DNA from: Octopus sinensis | Lineage: Eukaryota | Assembly: GCF_006345805.1 (NCBI RefSeq) | Contig: NW_021833028.1 | Location: forward strand, 1 to 64,000 | Reading direction: 5' to 3' | Length of the DNA stretch: 64,000 nucleotides | Shown here: positions 26,022 through 39,498 of the stretch, one piece after another | Numbering within the stretch: position 1 is the stretch's first letter | How the letters are laid out: every line of letters begins with the position of its first letter | Made by a program: the position numbers and the translations under genes | The notes under the pieces: model-generated | Databases searched by the model: none | Told to the model about the DNA's origin: nothing | The model's input: the letters and a program-made list of their open reading frames with translations, nothing else

Positions 26022-26658
26022 TTGTTTTAATCCATTAAAGAATATAATTTACGTCTACCAATTTCATTTGACGTATCATTCCGGCTACTCATGTCGACTT
26101 AGTCAAAGGAAGTTTATAGATTTAGCAATTTTCAAATTCCAAAGTAAACAAGTTTATTTAATGAGATATCAGTAGTGGATTACAAATCTGTCTGTGGTTC
26201 AAATACAAGATTATTTATTCCTCAATTGTGAAATCCAATTCGATAATTCTGCATCTTGAGACTGCGAATTAATTTTAGGAATAAGGGATTTTCGAACAGA
26301 CTTGATATATTGACTTGGCCGCTCTGTTCCTGACCTTGTTATTTTCCTTTTATATAGATTCTATATTATTTCATTTATTCCTGAATGGATTGTGAAATGG
26401 ATTTTAGAAATAAGGAATTTCTCAAACAGACTTGACTCACCCAAGCAGTTGGAATGTTGTTGTGTTCGTCATAGTTCCATGAGTGTATTGATTGATAAGT
26501 ATTTACGCCATTCGTGTAGCTCAACTATGCGTGTGTGCCACATTAATTATTTATTTACGTAAGTTATATTTTGTATAAATACCGACAAGTAGAGATTTTT
26601 AATTTCTTAATTAATCATCACATTTAAGCGCCTCCAAAAAGAGTGACTTTGTGGTTCA

Positions 26659-28297
26659 ATGTGCAGTGCAGGCGACGACCAAGAGGCAGACCTGTCCATT
26701 GATAATATTAGAACACTGGACTGAGAAGAAACGACGACTCCCAGGACTCGACCAACTCCAGTCCAATACTAAAAAGAAAAAAGCCCTCATCTCCACAACA
26801 CAGCGACGATACAGCTGTCATTCCAATAATAATTCCGACAGAGTTCATGTCCCATTTGCCTCGAACCGTGGACCAATTACGGACCCCACCGACTGTGTTC
26901 TCTTCGATGTGGACACTTGTTTGGATTCGAGTATTCCATTTTTCTATTCCTTAGTTGTATTCGTCGGTGGCTGATTTCTTCCGCGAATGGACGGTGTCCC
27001 AACTGCAACAAGAAAGCCCGGAGAGGTGACATCCGACTTCTCTACGTGCGGAGACTGACAGTTGGGTGACACATTCAATTCTTAGGCAGTCGACCACTCC
27101 GAATTGGAGGCTGTTCGAGAAGGGACTAATTTGGAGAGGAAACGACGACAAACTGCGGAAAGGGAGATCTCCATGCTCAAAATGTACATCGAGGACTTGA
27201 GTGGTGAAATTCGTTTTTTGCGGAGAAGGGAGGTGACCTCTGTGCCCAATGAAGGGGATTTGGACGACTTGTGGCACTACGAAGGGACTTGTCGAGTACC
27301 TCTTCCATCTGGAGTTTCATTTTTGGAGAAATATTAGGATAATGCTCGGTACAGAGTGATGACCCACTCCCACGACGATTTGGTTGTGTCCCGTCGGTCT
27401 TCCAGTCGCCAAACCGTCAATTTTGCCGGGTTTGGAGTGAGGGTTTTCAAAAAACATGACTTTGGGAGAGTGCAGGATGTCCACCTCCATGGGGGAGTCA
27501 TTCGAGATTTGGCAATTTCTGAGACTTGCCCAAATCTGCTGCTTTCAGTGGGATTCGACAAATGTGCTAAAATAACAGACGTGCACAATTCGTGTGTGCT
27601 TTTCAATTTTTCTCTCCCCACTGCTTTGTGGTCGTGTTGTTGGAATTCAGTCGAGTCGTCTTATTTTTATGTCGGAGGGTCCTGTGGGTGTGTCGATGTG
27701 TTTGATATTCGAAATCTCACTCGTGTTTGTCAATTTCCTGCACTCAACAACTCCCCTGTCCACACTTTGTACTCAGATCGGAATAGTCTGCTTGTCGGAC
27801 AAACACAGTCCATTTCATTCTGCATTGAGTGTATGACAGATCACTATCGGCGGATGGAATGTCCTCTCAATGCCATGATTTCCTCAATTTCTGTGGATGC
27901 AGAATCACGGAATGTTTTGGCCACCTACAGACAGTCATCCGCCACCACCAACGTCAATCGGCTTGAGTTGTACAAACTTGACAGTCTGATGGAAGAGGGT
28001 GGATACAAAGGGCCTACTCATGCTTTCAGCAATCCGGGGTCTGGTCCGTCCGTCCAGCGCTCTTCCGTGTTTACAAGACCTAATTTTCCAGATGATGTGA
28101 TTGTGTGTGCCAGTGATCAACAAACTCCGAAATTGAACGTGTTTTCGACTGGTTGTCCCCATTTTATGAGACAAATTCCTGTCGATGGAGTTCCACTCGA
28201 TGTTCTTCCCTACGGAAGTTGTCCTTCTAACAAAAATTTGTTGGCTGTTCTCAATTCGAAATCTCTCCAAATATATCGACTATCACAAAAAGAATGA
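26659..28297 (+). CDS. RFWD3: RING, coiled-coil and WD40 E3 ligase; start provisional
   Basis: Spliced [34 protein letters not shown]...CPNC...DIRLLY; WD40 motifs [18 protein letters not shown] and WSCCWN. Confidence 0.92.
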
Positions 28298-29171
28298 AAT
28301 TAACATTTTATTTATAATAATTACATTATTTTTATGCGCCTTGTTTCATTTCTCTTGTCTTTTGTCTTCACTAGCCTGTCTGTAAAGAGAGAATGGAGTA
28401 ACTAATTAATGATTCCTACAATCTACTTTTGCTGATTCTTGCTGATATCATTTTACGTCATACATGTTTTATTAGTCGAATCAAAAAGGACGTGGTGGAT
28501 CTTTGTGAAAATATGAATTGATAGAGAATTTATAATATAGAATACACAATCTGAGTGAGTCAGTTATGATGAGACGAACAGGCATAATTGGATATCACAA
28601 TTAGTTTTACCTGACAAATCAACTCTTGATTAAAATGTCGTTATTTCTGGTTTTTGTGTTGTGAAGGTGCTAATCTTTTGTGTATTTTAACGTTTTCTAT
28701 TATTTATATTCAGTCCTAAACTATCCAACGGCACCTCTAATATGATCCCTTGTCTAACGTATGGTGACGATATTCAAAATATGAAAGAAATGTTTCTCTT
28801 CTGGAAGTTTTTTGCATTCATGAAACAATTAAACTTACATGTTTTGTCTTGTAATGAAAACATGGCTTTCTAATTATGTGAAGTAATCTCAATAGCAGTA
28901 TAATCGATTGATGACATACTCTGAGCAATAAAGGAGAAATGATTGGCCTTAAACCAAACAACCAAAGTCACAAAATAAACACATTAATTATATTTCAGAA
29001 TATAACAATGTGATGAACGAACGGTGGATATAACAGAACGAGAAATATAATGTATATTAATAAACAAAATGAATAAAATGTATATAACAAACATGTTATC
29101 GAGTATTTAAATATATATTTGATAGCCAACCCATCTGCACTTTCTAAGCGTTGCCAATCGCCCATTCAAAC

Positions 29172-29661
29172 ATGTCTAGTTCTGAAGATAACAACAATGA
29201 AGAATCCGAATCTGATTCATACGAGTCTCTCGAGTTCGAAAGGTTAGCAAATCTGAGGTCGCACATGTAGTGACGACTCGAGCGATGATTCAGACGAATG
29301 GGACCCTTTCGATGGCTTTGACGAAGAAACAGAAAAGCTTTCGGATTCGAATGAGACTGAGCTTATACTAAGTTCAATTGACTATATTTCCATCGATATT
29401 GAGCAGGATAAGGATGGAGTTTGCAAATCCTGTCGTTGTCTATTTAACCAACAACTGAAAATTCCCCTCTTTTTGTTCGAATGTCTGCACACACTCTGCA
29501 GAAGATGCATAATTAAGCAACTCAGTGTGACCGGGTGGACAGTTCAATGTCCTTTGTGCTTCAAGAAAACTGAATTGCCACTTCGCGATCGGTTTTCTGT
29601 GCTTGAAATAGATTTACATTCTCTTCAAATTGCTATTTCCAAAAATGAAACAAGCCATTAA
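29172..29661 (+). CDS. Small RING-HC finger protein with an acidic N-terminus
   Basis: MSSSEDNNNEESESDS..., one micro-intron, then CKSC...FECLHTLCRRC...CPLC (C3HC4, TRIM/RNF-like). Confidence 0.75.
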
Positions 29662-30554
29662 TTTTATCTAAGAATTTTATCAGATGCTTATTTGATATGC
29701 TTTTTATATTTAATAAATTTTACACTATCACACCTTTTTTGGCATAAAAAGAGAGTTCAGAATAGTGTCTCAAGCAGGCACCCACGGCTTAAAGGATATA
29801 AAGGTACATTCTTTGATTAAATATTTTCGGTAGATCTCACTGAGGAGCGAATTGGAAAGATACTTGGATTGTCTAAAGACCTTATTATTTTTATGATTTT
29901 AAGGATTTGGCCACAATAATCCCAAATAACTTTTTGGGTGGTCAAACTTTTTGAAAAATTAATGATTGTAAATCAAGAAATGAACAAATGTTATTTTAAG
30001 AATAAAGAAAACCACAAATAACTAATCAAAGATTTGATTTTATAAAAGTTTTCCGCTTTATTACTAAAATCTATCATTTAAGATAGTTATTTCCCTTGTG
30101 CCACCATCTCCTAAATACGTTTTGTTGATCGCTTCCAGTTCCCTCTGTTCCTTGATATTTTCCTCGGGAGCCCAGGATCGTGTCAGCCTTTTCAATCAGA
30201 GTCAGGTCTTATGTAGAATGGTTAGAAGCGTAATCCGTAATCTTCTCTGGAAAGTCGAGCTCAAATGAGGAGCGTAGTGGAGGTGTTTAATTGCAAGATT
30301 AGCAGTAGTATTCTTGTCCATTCTTAAGATGTTTCCAAATAAACCCCATCTGTTACTTCACATTTTTTCCATTCAGAGGGTGTATATTGTAATGGGAGTA
30401 GAGGTATTTGCTTGAGATGTGCTTTGGCTGGGAGATTTTTTGGATTTATTTGAGCTAGGTTCTGTAGAAGGAGTTAAAACTTATCATTGCATGCATTGTA
30501 ACTGTTCAGGTAGAGGAGTTGTACAGTAAGAGTGGCTTTACGAACATATTGTAC

Positions 30555-31020
30555 AGTCTCGGCCAAATGTTAGAGGCACCCTATTTTTTAACTAAAAATC
30601 CATATTTGTGGCAAAATTTCGAAAAGTCTAAAAGAGTAAAATAATTTTTTGTCTAAGATCGACCAGTTTGCAACAATTATAAGGACGGAATATTTCTGGC
30701 AATTTAGAAAATGGAAAAACAATCCTCCCATATGTTAGAGGCAGCTTTTTAAAAAACGCAAAAATCAAATTTAATTTTACTGAATAAGTCAATGTTTCGT
30801 AGTCCTTACTACTGAAAAAATTCTTTCTAAAATGGATTCAGAAAGTCTTACAACCACATCATTTTCGATGTTATTTTTTGTCTCACTCCATAATTCCTGA
30901 ATTAAGGACGCATTTACAATTCTCTTTAAAATCGACTATAGATTTTCGATTATGTTCAAGTCCGGAAACTGACTCGGCCAATTTTCCAAGAGATTTATAT
31001 TATTTTTAGTGAGGTACCCT
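30555..31020. mobile_element. Solo Tc1-type terminal repeat remnant
   Basis: TA-CAGTCTCGGCCAAATGTTAGAGGCAC at 30553 and an internal repeat ATGTTAGAGGCA near 30732; no partner end or transposase found. Confidence 0.45.
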
Positions 31021-31240
31021 TTCGTTGACCTGAATGTATGACAGGTCGCTCCGTCTTGCTGAAGAAGATACTCTTTCTCGTACAAATTATCAAGTCATTC
31101 ACTTAAAATTCGTTGATATTCGAGCGACATAAAATCATTGCCTTTTCTTCATTACTTTATTGTTTTTATTTTATTTAATTAAAAATGCATAAATATAATG
31201 TTTAATAAAAATTAATTATGTAAATTCTATCTTAAATTAT

Positions 31241-33081
31241 TTAAGAATCCAGATCGTCAGTGATTTCTCTTCTTCGCTTGGAAGAAGAGTTTGCAACAAA
31301 ATTCTCATCATTTTTCATTTCTGCGTCAAAGTAATTGTTCAACTGAGTGTCCTCACGACATGCCAGCTCCGCAAGTTGATTGGCGGCAGAGGCGTACTCC
31401 TCGTTGTCTACCTTCATCCCATGTCTGTGTTCAATAAACATACTCTCTAGAGTCCTCTTCAGCACAACCGACTGGATGTATGTCCTCGTTCCTTCTTCAA
31501 TGGATAATTTGTCCATATGACTTTTAAAGAACTTTGAGACAACTCCATCCCATGTCAAGACAATTGGAATAATCTTCACTTTTGCTTCATAGAGAACCGA
31601 CAGTTCGTTTGCAAGCAGGTCATATTTGTGAAATTTCTCCACTTCAACTTGCTTTAAACGGTCTTGCGAGGTAACTCCCACTTCGATTAAATGAATTTCT
31701 CTTTTCCTCTTGTCATAAACGAAGATATCAGGTTTATTGAATTGAACCTTTGTTTCAGTCATAATTGAAGTGTCAACTCTAATTTCGACATTTTGGGTCG
31801 ACATTGTTGACACGACTGAATGTCCTTTCAATTTCCTGCTTCGTTTTATTCCATACATTCGACACAAGTGGAGATGAATACACTTTACCACTTCGTTGTG
31901 TCTTCGGAGATAATCACTGTTTAGCATCCTACCACACCGCGTGGCTAGATGGTCAACAGTCTGCCTGCTTTTTTTGCAGTGGACGCATAGTGATCCCGTG
32001 TATGCAAAGAACAAATTCCTATCTTGCAAAAGACAGTACAATGCTTCGCTTCGTGGACCATTGTTCCCTTTCGATAGCCATTGCGAAGAAGTAGATATGT
32101 CGACATCTGATTCCTCCATACATTTGAACATCACCGAGTGTAGTGATTTACTGTTAATTCGGTTAAGCAAGAGTTTCCTTTGTGCGTCCTTCAGTAACTC
32201 AATGGTCAGATTTTCCCTGCCGACAGCTGCATATTTGGAGACAAGAAATTCTGCGATTGTGGCTAAGTGCCATTTTTTTCCTTTTATTACTCGCAGAATA
32301 CCCGACCTCCGCAGACAGGTAGTCGACTGTTTTTCCAAACTTTTAAGAAACTGGAAGAGCATTAATTCGCTTTTGAATGAAATTGAGGCAAGTCCTCTTC
32401 CAAGGTCTTGCGGTCCAAATACAACCTCTCCTTATTTGCAGGCTGGAGGTGTAACTTGAGAGTCGTAAGTAATCGGCGTATTTGTTGGTCAATCTCATCA
32501 AATTCGTAAGGTTCAATATTGATTAGCCCAATATAATAATTATATAGGGATAATGCATATTCATTGATTCCACGAAACAAATTTACAGCATTCAGGTTTG
32601 TTTTTGACAACATAGTTATCCTCTTCTTGACATTTTCCAATATGGAGTCCATAACTTTATTCTTGAGAACATTACTTCCGCCATCTTCAAGTACACCCAA
32701 GTAGCGATATCCGTTGATTCCATCGACAGTCTCACAGCATGATAAAGATTCCACATTAGATGCTGATTTTTCGGAATTCATCTCTAGGCCGACACTTTCA
32801 AAAAATCCATTAACAGCCTCCATCATTTTGACTAACACATCTTCTTTGAGGGCAACTATTTTCAGATCGTCAATAAAGAAGAAATGATTGGTGGAGTATG
32901 TCAACATATTGGGATCTTCCCGACTAATTTCGAGTTTGGGAAACATGGAGTTAAGCATCCTGCTTAGGGGATCCATCGCCATAACGAATAGCAGCGGGGA
33001 CAATGAATCTCCTTGAGTATTCCCCGGCTTAACTTTACTTTCCCAATTCTTTTCCCATCGATATGTAAGTTTGCTGTCCAC
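31241..33081 (-). mobile_element. 5'-truncated R4/Dong-like non-LTR retrotransposon (RT, CCHC and REL endonuclease)
   Basis: QGDSLSPLLF; FIDDLK; YRYLG; NKERLYL; CVHC...HLATRC; RHNEVV; KPDIFV; IEVG; EKFHKYD. One frame break near 32362. Confidence 0.9.
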
Positions 33082-34145
33082 TTAAACCAGAATTATTATA
33101 AAAATCTTCTCATGATTATAAGCTAAACAATCTTGACCCTAAAATTATTTTATTTGAAGGTCTTAAATTTCTTTGGATGTTTTGTGAACTGTCCCAATTG
33201 TGTGATTAGCCAATAATTTTATGTTGTTTACGAGTTTATTCCATAAAGTTCCAACATGTAAGTTCTAGCAGGAGATTAATCGGCTTGTGATATTTTGGCG
33301 AAATAGTTAGTTCTGTAAATATGATTGTTTCTTAAAAGACTACGTATCTAACTTTTGTGTGTTTTTTTTTTGACTTTATTAATCAAAAATCTCTTGTTTA
33401 AAAGATGTTTAATTACCAATACTTTATCTTCACTCGATGTTAACGTTTCTCCATGTCTTCGGGCATCTGAGAATAGGACTTTCTTTACTAACATTGTTTT
33501 ACGATGTGTTTAATAATAAGAATCATTTAGAAGATTAAGGATTAGTACTTGGAATATTAAGTGGCCATAAACACACATTCAATTAAAATAAACAAGAACG
33601 GTTGTGTATTTGTAAACATTTACAATTCAGAAAGAATATTCTTGTTTCCCATCAGATTATGTTAGAGAAGACGGCAAGTTTAATTATACATTCAGATGAT
33701 TTTTAAAACCTGTTTAATGAAATGATATACCCCAAAATATCATTCCAATGAGGTCTATAATTGTTATTTCCACTTTTGACTGCAAGGACCTGGCAGCATC
33801 ATTAAACACTTGAATCCAAATATTTGTCCTCAGCCAAAAAATAAGCCCAGTATAGCACGCATTTCAAAGTGACTTACCATACAAGAGAGACAATATTGAT
33901 AATCGAGTCAGACTAGTTTTGATATTTTTGGAGAGTCCCCGGCTTGGAAGGTTTTTAATTCGCCATAGTTCACGGGAATGGAAAAAGAATATTAATTTCT
34001 TAACTAATAGTAGATTCGAATATTAATATTAAAAATTTTGAAAATTTATATAAAATAAGCTTAAATAAAATAATTGGATATAATTCCGAACCTTGTGTTG
34101 TGCAGCTTTGTGGTTACTAAATTTATAAATTTAACTGCTTAGATA

Positions 34146-35030
34146 ATGGATTTAGTGAGATTCCTTGCTCATACTTTCTGTTGTCCACCATTCCCATCCC
34201 GTATAGCAGCCAAAATAGCATTTCACCCACCAACACCCCCATCCTACAAAGTTAAACAAACGCAAGAAAAAGGAATTGAATGCATCTTCAACGAGGAAAT
34301 GTGCAAAATCGAGCCGGACGAACTAGCATACACTCAAATGAAGATTTGGAACACTTCCTTGGGCAACCGAATCACCGTTATGCACATTTCTCCATTCAGA
34401 AGACCCCGCTGCACTCTCCTTTGTAGTCACGGAAATGCCGGGGACCTCGGTCTGCTGTATGAGTGCTACCTCATGCTTGCACGACGTCTCCACTGTAACG
34501 TGGTTTGCTACGACTACTCGGGCTATGGGGGAAGTTCAGGTCGTCCTTCCGAAGCCGACTTGTATGCGGACGTCGAGGCGGCTTGGGACTGTACTTTGAA
34601 CGGATTCTTTGTGCCTATGGAGAGAATTGTGCTCTACGGACACAGTATAGGCACAGTCGCCTCCCTTTACTTGGCCTGTCTTGTTCAGACGCGTGGTCTT
34701 ATTTTGGTTGCTCCTTTGGCCTCGGGATTGCATTTTTTGTTTGCTCCCAGGAAGATGAAGCGTTTTGGCGTGTTTTTTAATAAGTATTATATTCTTGGCA
34801 TTTGCAGTCTTGGTAGGATCAGCAAGGTCAAATGTCCGACGCTCATCGTCCATGGAGAGGCCGATACTATTGTCCATGTTGAACACAGTCGTCTGCTCGC
34901 TGCGAAGGCTCGTTCTGATATTACGGATGTATTTTTTATTCCACATGTTGGTCACAATGACATTGAGTTAATGCCCGACTTTTTTAAATATCTCAAGAAT
35001 TTTCTTAATAAAGTTGCTCCGTTTGACTAA
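34146..35030 (+). CDS. ABHD17: ABHD17 family protein depalmitoylase
   Basis: FCCPPFPSRIAAKIAFHPP; SHGNAGDLG; YDYSGYG; nucleophile GHSIG; HGEAD; GHND; one in-frame 24-nt intron at 34784-34807. Confidence 0.95.
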   Translation: MDLVRFLAHTFCCPPFPSRIAAKIAFHPPTPPSYKVKQTQEKGIECIFNEEMCKIEPDELAYTQMKIWNTSLGNRITVMHISPFRRPRCTLLCSHGNAGDLGLLYECYLMLARRLHCNVVCYDYSGYGGSSGRPSEADLYADVEAAWDCTLNGFFVPMERIVLYGHSIGTVASLYLACLVQTRGLILVAPLASGLHFLFAPRKMKRFGVFFNKYYILGICSLGRISKVKCPTLIVHGEADTIVHVEHSRLLAAKARSDITDVFFIPHVGHNDIELMPDFFKYLKNFLNKVAPFD

Positions 35031-36639
35031 TCTACTTTTATGTTGTGTTTCATTCATTTCTTTAAGTAGACTATTTTCCATTATAGATATCGAGGTACTT
35101 TCATTTACATCATTCTCATTTTTGTCTGGTTTTCATGGGTTTCAATTACTGTTTTTAATTAATTAATATAATCAACGCACACTGCGTCCTTGCCGCTGGG
35201 ACTTAACGTTTTTCGTTGTCTTTTAATCAAAAAAAATTAATATAATCTGTGATGAAATTTAAAGATTAGATAAGGTTTGATAAAAAAGTATTTCGAAGTT
35301 TGTTTTTAGCAATAATAATCAACTACATATATTTTAAACGCCTGCTGACCAAAAAATAAAATCTATTTTATTTACTGTAAACACATGGCCACACAATCAC
35401 GGAGTCTATCTCCCTGAAGCTGTCTTCTGCCGGCACTGATCCAACACCGTAACTTACTGAACAAAGAACAGGTTCCAATCACTGCACCTCTGCAAAAATT
35501 ACCGTAAACCGTCAATCATTTATAAAAAATGCTAACATTGATTACAAAAAGATATGCCTATCTGCAATCAATCCCCTCTTTAGTTTCTAAGGAATGCCGG
35601 AATCTACTGATGTCGTCCAATTGAAGTTGAGAGTCCTTTGCCCACTTTTGAGGTTCACTTTATTGTCCTCGTCAAGTTCTTTCTTTATTTTCAAAGCACT
35701 GATCTGCTGACAGTCATCTCTATCAATTCACCCATTTCAATACTTTACCCAAATACGTTCTAAGGGAATGGTTCTCAAACTTTTTTGTCTCGCGTACCAC
35801 CTTTATTCTATTTTTGGCGTTTGTAGTCTTGCTAGGATTGACGTTTAAATAATTTTTTTGCGTACCCCTTATAGATTTTTAAAAATTAAAGAAACAAATT
35901 CTTTAATTAATGAGATTTTGTTTATCAATGACTAATCTTTTTATTTTTGGATCCTTTGATTTCACGCAAAAATATAATCCTTAACATTTTTCTTGCCCAA
36001 TGAACTGATTTTAAATTTAACAATGACGAAAATCTTTTTTGGCAGAGATATGTTGTTGAAAACCAAAAGAAAATCGATTATATATAATCCAATGTTTTGA
36101 TATTATTTTACACCAAAGTGTAAAATTAAAATTTTTTGTATTATCTATCCACAATTGGAGCTTCATAAAGAAAGGCTTAAATATTTACACTATTTCCTTA
36201 AAAACTTGTATTTTCTAAAAAATCAACAATTGTAATTCTCTTTGTTTGTACCGATAAATTCAAAACATTAATTCGCAAAAAAATGTCTGTTAAATAAAAT
36301 AGCATTATATCCTAATACTTATTTGATCACATTGATGAATATAAATGTTTGTTTTTGCTAAGAAAATATTCATAAATATCATTCTTCAAATTCCGGACTC
36401 TCAAAAAAACACCTCCTTTGGATAACCACCGGACTTTTGTGTAATATACTAAAACCTCCTCATCTGAACTAAATTCTTCACAAATTAAATAAAAAATTCG
36501 TGAATTCAAAAGACTTTTGATATGATTAACAATTTTGCATTTGCGACTCGGTAAGAAATCATGTAATTATTATCCAATTCACGCGAAATCAAAAGGTTAG
36601 TTAAGATTTCACTTTTGCTACGCGACTCAGAATACGTTA

Positions 36640-37330
36640 TGATAGTCGTTTCCATCCTCCCCTATTTCGTGCAAGATCTCTCAGGTCGTCCAGGTCATCT
36701 ATCGATTTCAGTTTTCTTCCAATTGTTTTGAGTTCATGGTCCAGCGTGGTCGTTAATATTGTTATTTGTCGGCCCAATATGTTGTATTGTTTGATAAGCA
36801 GAAGTAAGATTCCATGGCCTGGTTAGCCGGAGTAATTTGCGATGTTCTTAAGATATGTCCAAAGAACTGCTATTTCATGGCCATCGCTTAATTTGCGATT
36901 TGAATGTATAAGTAATTCTGTATAGTTCTTTGCTCATTTTATTCGGCCATCCTAGGAATTGTCTTAATTGTCGTCTGTATAACGAGTTGAAATGCACCAT
37001 TTCTTTAGCGGATAGACCAGATTCCCGCGTTGTAAAGTAGGATTGGTTCAACGAAGAAATTGTAAAGTCAAATATGAAGGCGTGTTCCTATGTACTCGCG
37101 TCTCATCCAGATCGTCCACATTTTTTAAAAGAAGCAACAGCCAGCACTTTTCTTCAAATAGTGTCCTTCGAATCCCCAAGGAGAGATCCAACTATCTTGC
37201 AAGTTCTCCACTTCCCGTTTCTCGTCGCGAGGCGGGATATAATTGTTTTCTCTGTTTTATCTGGGTTTACAGCCAAAGACCATTCAGCAAATGAGGAATC
37301 ACACTTAGTAAATTTTCAAGTGAATTCTGG
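36640..37330 (-). mobile_element. RTE-like LINE RT C-terminal fragment
   Basis: Broken frames: AEWSLAVNPDKTE, CKIVGSLLGDS, EPILLYNAGIW, YRRQLRQFLG and FFGHILR. Confidence 0.7.
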
Positions 37331-37659
37331 TCTCGACAGACGTAAATTCCTTCATGTAAAATATTTTTAATAATAAAAAATTAATTTCAAAATTGAATGA
37401 ATCATCTATTTGCTGAATATTTTCCATTTTGTTTTTGAAAAATCATTTGATAATTCGAAACTTTATGCCGAGAAAGTAACGAAGGCTTCGTGAATTCAAG
37501 AAATAGAATTTTGTGACAAATAAGACACTGCGGATTTTCACTCCGTTTATAATCACGAAGTAAAATCGATAGTTGAAATAATAATTGTTTTATTTTCGAA
37601 TCTCCTTAACCCGTAAATTCATAAGAAAAACTAATAGCGTGGAGATATATTTTGTTAAT

Positions 37660-38345
37660 AATTATCTATTTATTAACAACACTCTCCTATGCCGATGACA
37701 TAGTTGTCGCATCTAGGGATGTAAATGTCGAATACGCGAAGGAAAGACTACAAAGAATACTGGACGACTTATATGGATGGCTATATGAAAACAGACTACA
37801 TGCATGTTCCGAAAAGTCAGCAGTCACTCTATTCACGAAAAATAGGAAGATGGGGACGAAAACTATTGATGTCATGTTGAACGGAATTCCAATACCACAA
37901 AAGAAAACACAGAAGATATTGGGAGTAACGTTTGATACTTTCCTCTGTTTTTCACCTCACGTATCAACCTGTATAAAGAAGATCAATTTTGTAAAAGCCT
38001 TCCTTTGGAACTGTGGGAGAACTTATCCGCCAGGGGTAAAGACCCTTTACAAGCATTATATCGAGCCAACAATAGGCTATGCATGTGCTGCTTGGGGCTG
38101 TAACCTGGCGGCAACGAACCGGCTAAAAATCGAAAAAATTCAAGAAAGATCTATCAACCTACTGAAGGACCATACCGATAGGGAAATTGTCCATAGAACA
38201 CTGGAGTCTCTCGTAGAGGCAAATGGGGGGGATCGTGGAAATGGACCACAAACCATTCACCGTACATACAGAAAGTGTGTGGGGTCACGGTCGGAACATC
38301 GTGAAAAGATGGCTCGACTGTTGAGAAGTGTCGGAATCACCTGAA
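37660..38345 (+). mobile_element. Jockey/I-like LINE RT fragment
   Basis: SYADDIVV; LQRILDDLYGW; KILGVTFD; LYKHYIEPTIGYA. Confidence 0.8.
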
Positions 38346-38803
38346 CACGTTAGTTAATGGTTAAGACGGTGATTTTGTTTGGCTTAAATAATAATAATAA
38401 TTTAATTTGATTAGAATTTTTATTACAATTATAATTGAATATTTTTTATTTTGAAGTGGAAGTCAATAGATTTGAAATTTTTTTCTACATCCTAGTGAAT
38501 CCCCCATACCACCCCAGTTTGAAAACCATTTTTAGGGTCTCCTAATTATAGTTCTTTAAATATACGCCTTGATTGAGTCATCTATTTTGGGGGTATTTTG
38601 GTGATGCTTGTAACAATTTGTCGTACTATTCTAAATTATTACCAAGGATAATACGCTTACTTTAGCAACGTGAATCGATGCTAATTCGCTGGCCAGAAGT
38701 TGACCACATTTTGTAACCTAATGATCAATGTTTTTGTAGAAGTGCCAAAGTGCGCTTTGCTTTGGACGTGTTAAAGGATAGGGTGAGATTATGAACAAAA
38801 AAA

Positions 38804-39498
38804 GGTACTTTTGTCGAAGTGGTCGCAGTTTTTTTGAAGATAATTAAAATTAATTAATTTTTTTAGTGAAAAATAGATTATTTAATTATAACCCTCTATC
38901 AATAATTTAAATGGTTATTAAAATTATTTAAAAATTTATTTAACCAATTTAGTCATTTTTAGTACGCGGCATCCAAATTCCAGGACTGTAGAAGGAATTT
39001 ATGTCTTTTACAATCTGTGCAAAAGATTCCTTATAGTTCTGTATTTGTTTTCGCCACATAAATTCTGAAAAAATAACTAACTAAAAAAACCGGTACTTTT
39101 GTCGAAGTGGTCGCAGTTTTTTTAGGCCTTTTAAAAAATCTAATAATTTTTGAGGTGGAATATATTATATTTTATTTAAGTCGCTCTATCAATAATTTAA
39201 AATATTATTAAATTTTTTACTAATTTATTTTCTAATTTTGTTTAATATTATGGCGAGCATGTACCTAATATTGATATAAACTGGCACTATAGGTCACATG
39301 GAAAATTCTGTTGTGGACTTATGCAACATCAAATTCCGACAGCTCCCAATAAGTAAGGAGGATGCAGTGCATTTTCTGTTAATACTATTTTAAATTATTG
39401 ATAGAGCGACTTAAATAAAATATAATATATTCCACCTCAAAAATTATTAGATTTTTTAAAAGGCCTAAAAAAACTGCGACCACTTCGACAAAAGTACC
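38804..39498. mobile_element. Non-autonomous Merlin-like MITE with a duplicated left end
   Basis: TIR GGTACTTTTGTCGAAGTGGTCGCAG at 38804 and 39092, with the inverted copy ending at 39498. About 120 bp are near-perfectly inverted between 39092 and 39498. CAAAAAAA flanks 38804 and 39498. Confidence 0.75.

Larger units (their letters stand above)
35766..38531 (-). mobile_element. Decayed hAT (Charlie-like) transposon carrying nested LINE fragments
   Basis: Inverted ends AATGGTT(C/T)TCAAACT near 35767 and 38516-38530. Transposase fragment NSRIFYLICEE...TKVRWLSKG at 36327-36509. The TSD is not cleanly recoverable. Confidence 0.6.

Noticed and set aside
33690-33960. piggyBac-like EMRAILGLFFG fragment
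   Set aside because: Too short and too degenerate to support a call.
38804-39498. CRISPR-like repeat array
   Set aside because: Only three copies, one of them inverted, no spacer periodicity and no cas genes; these are TIRs.
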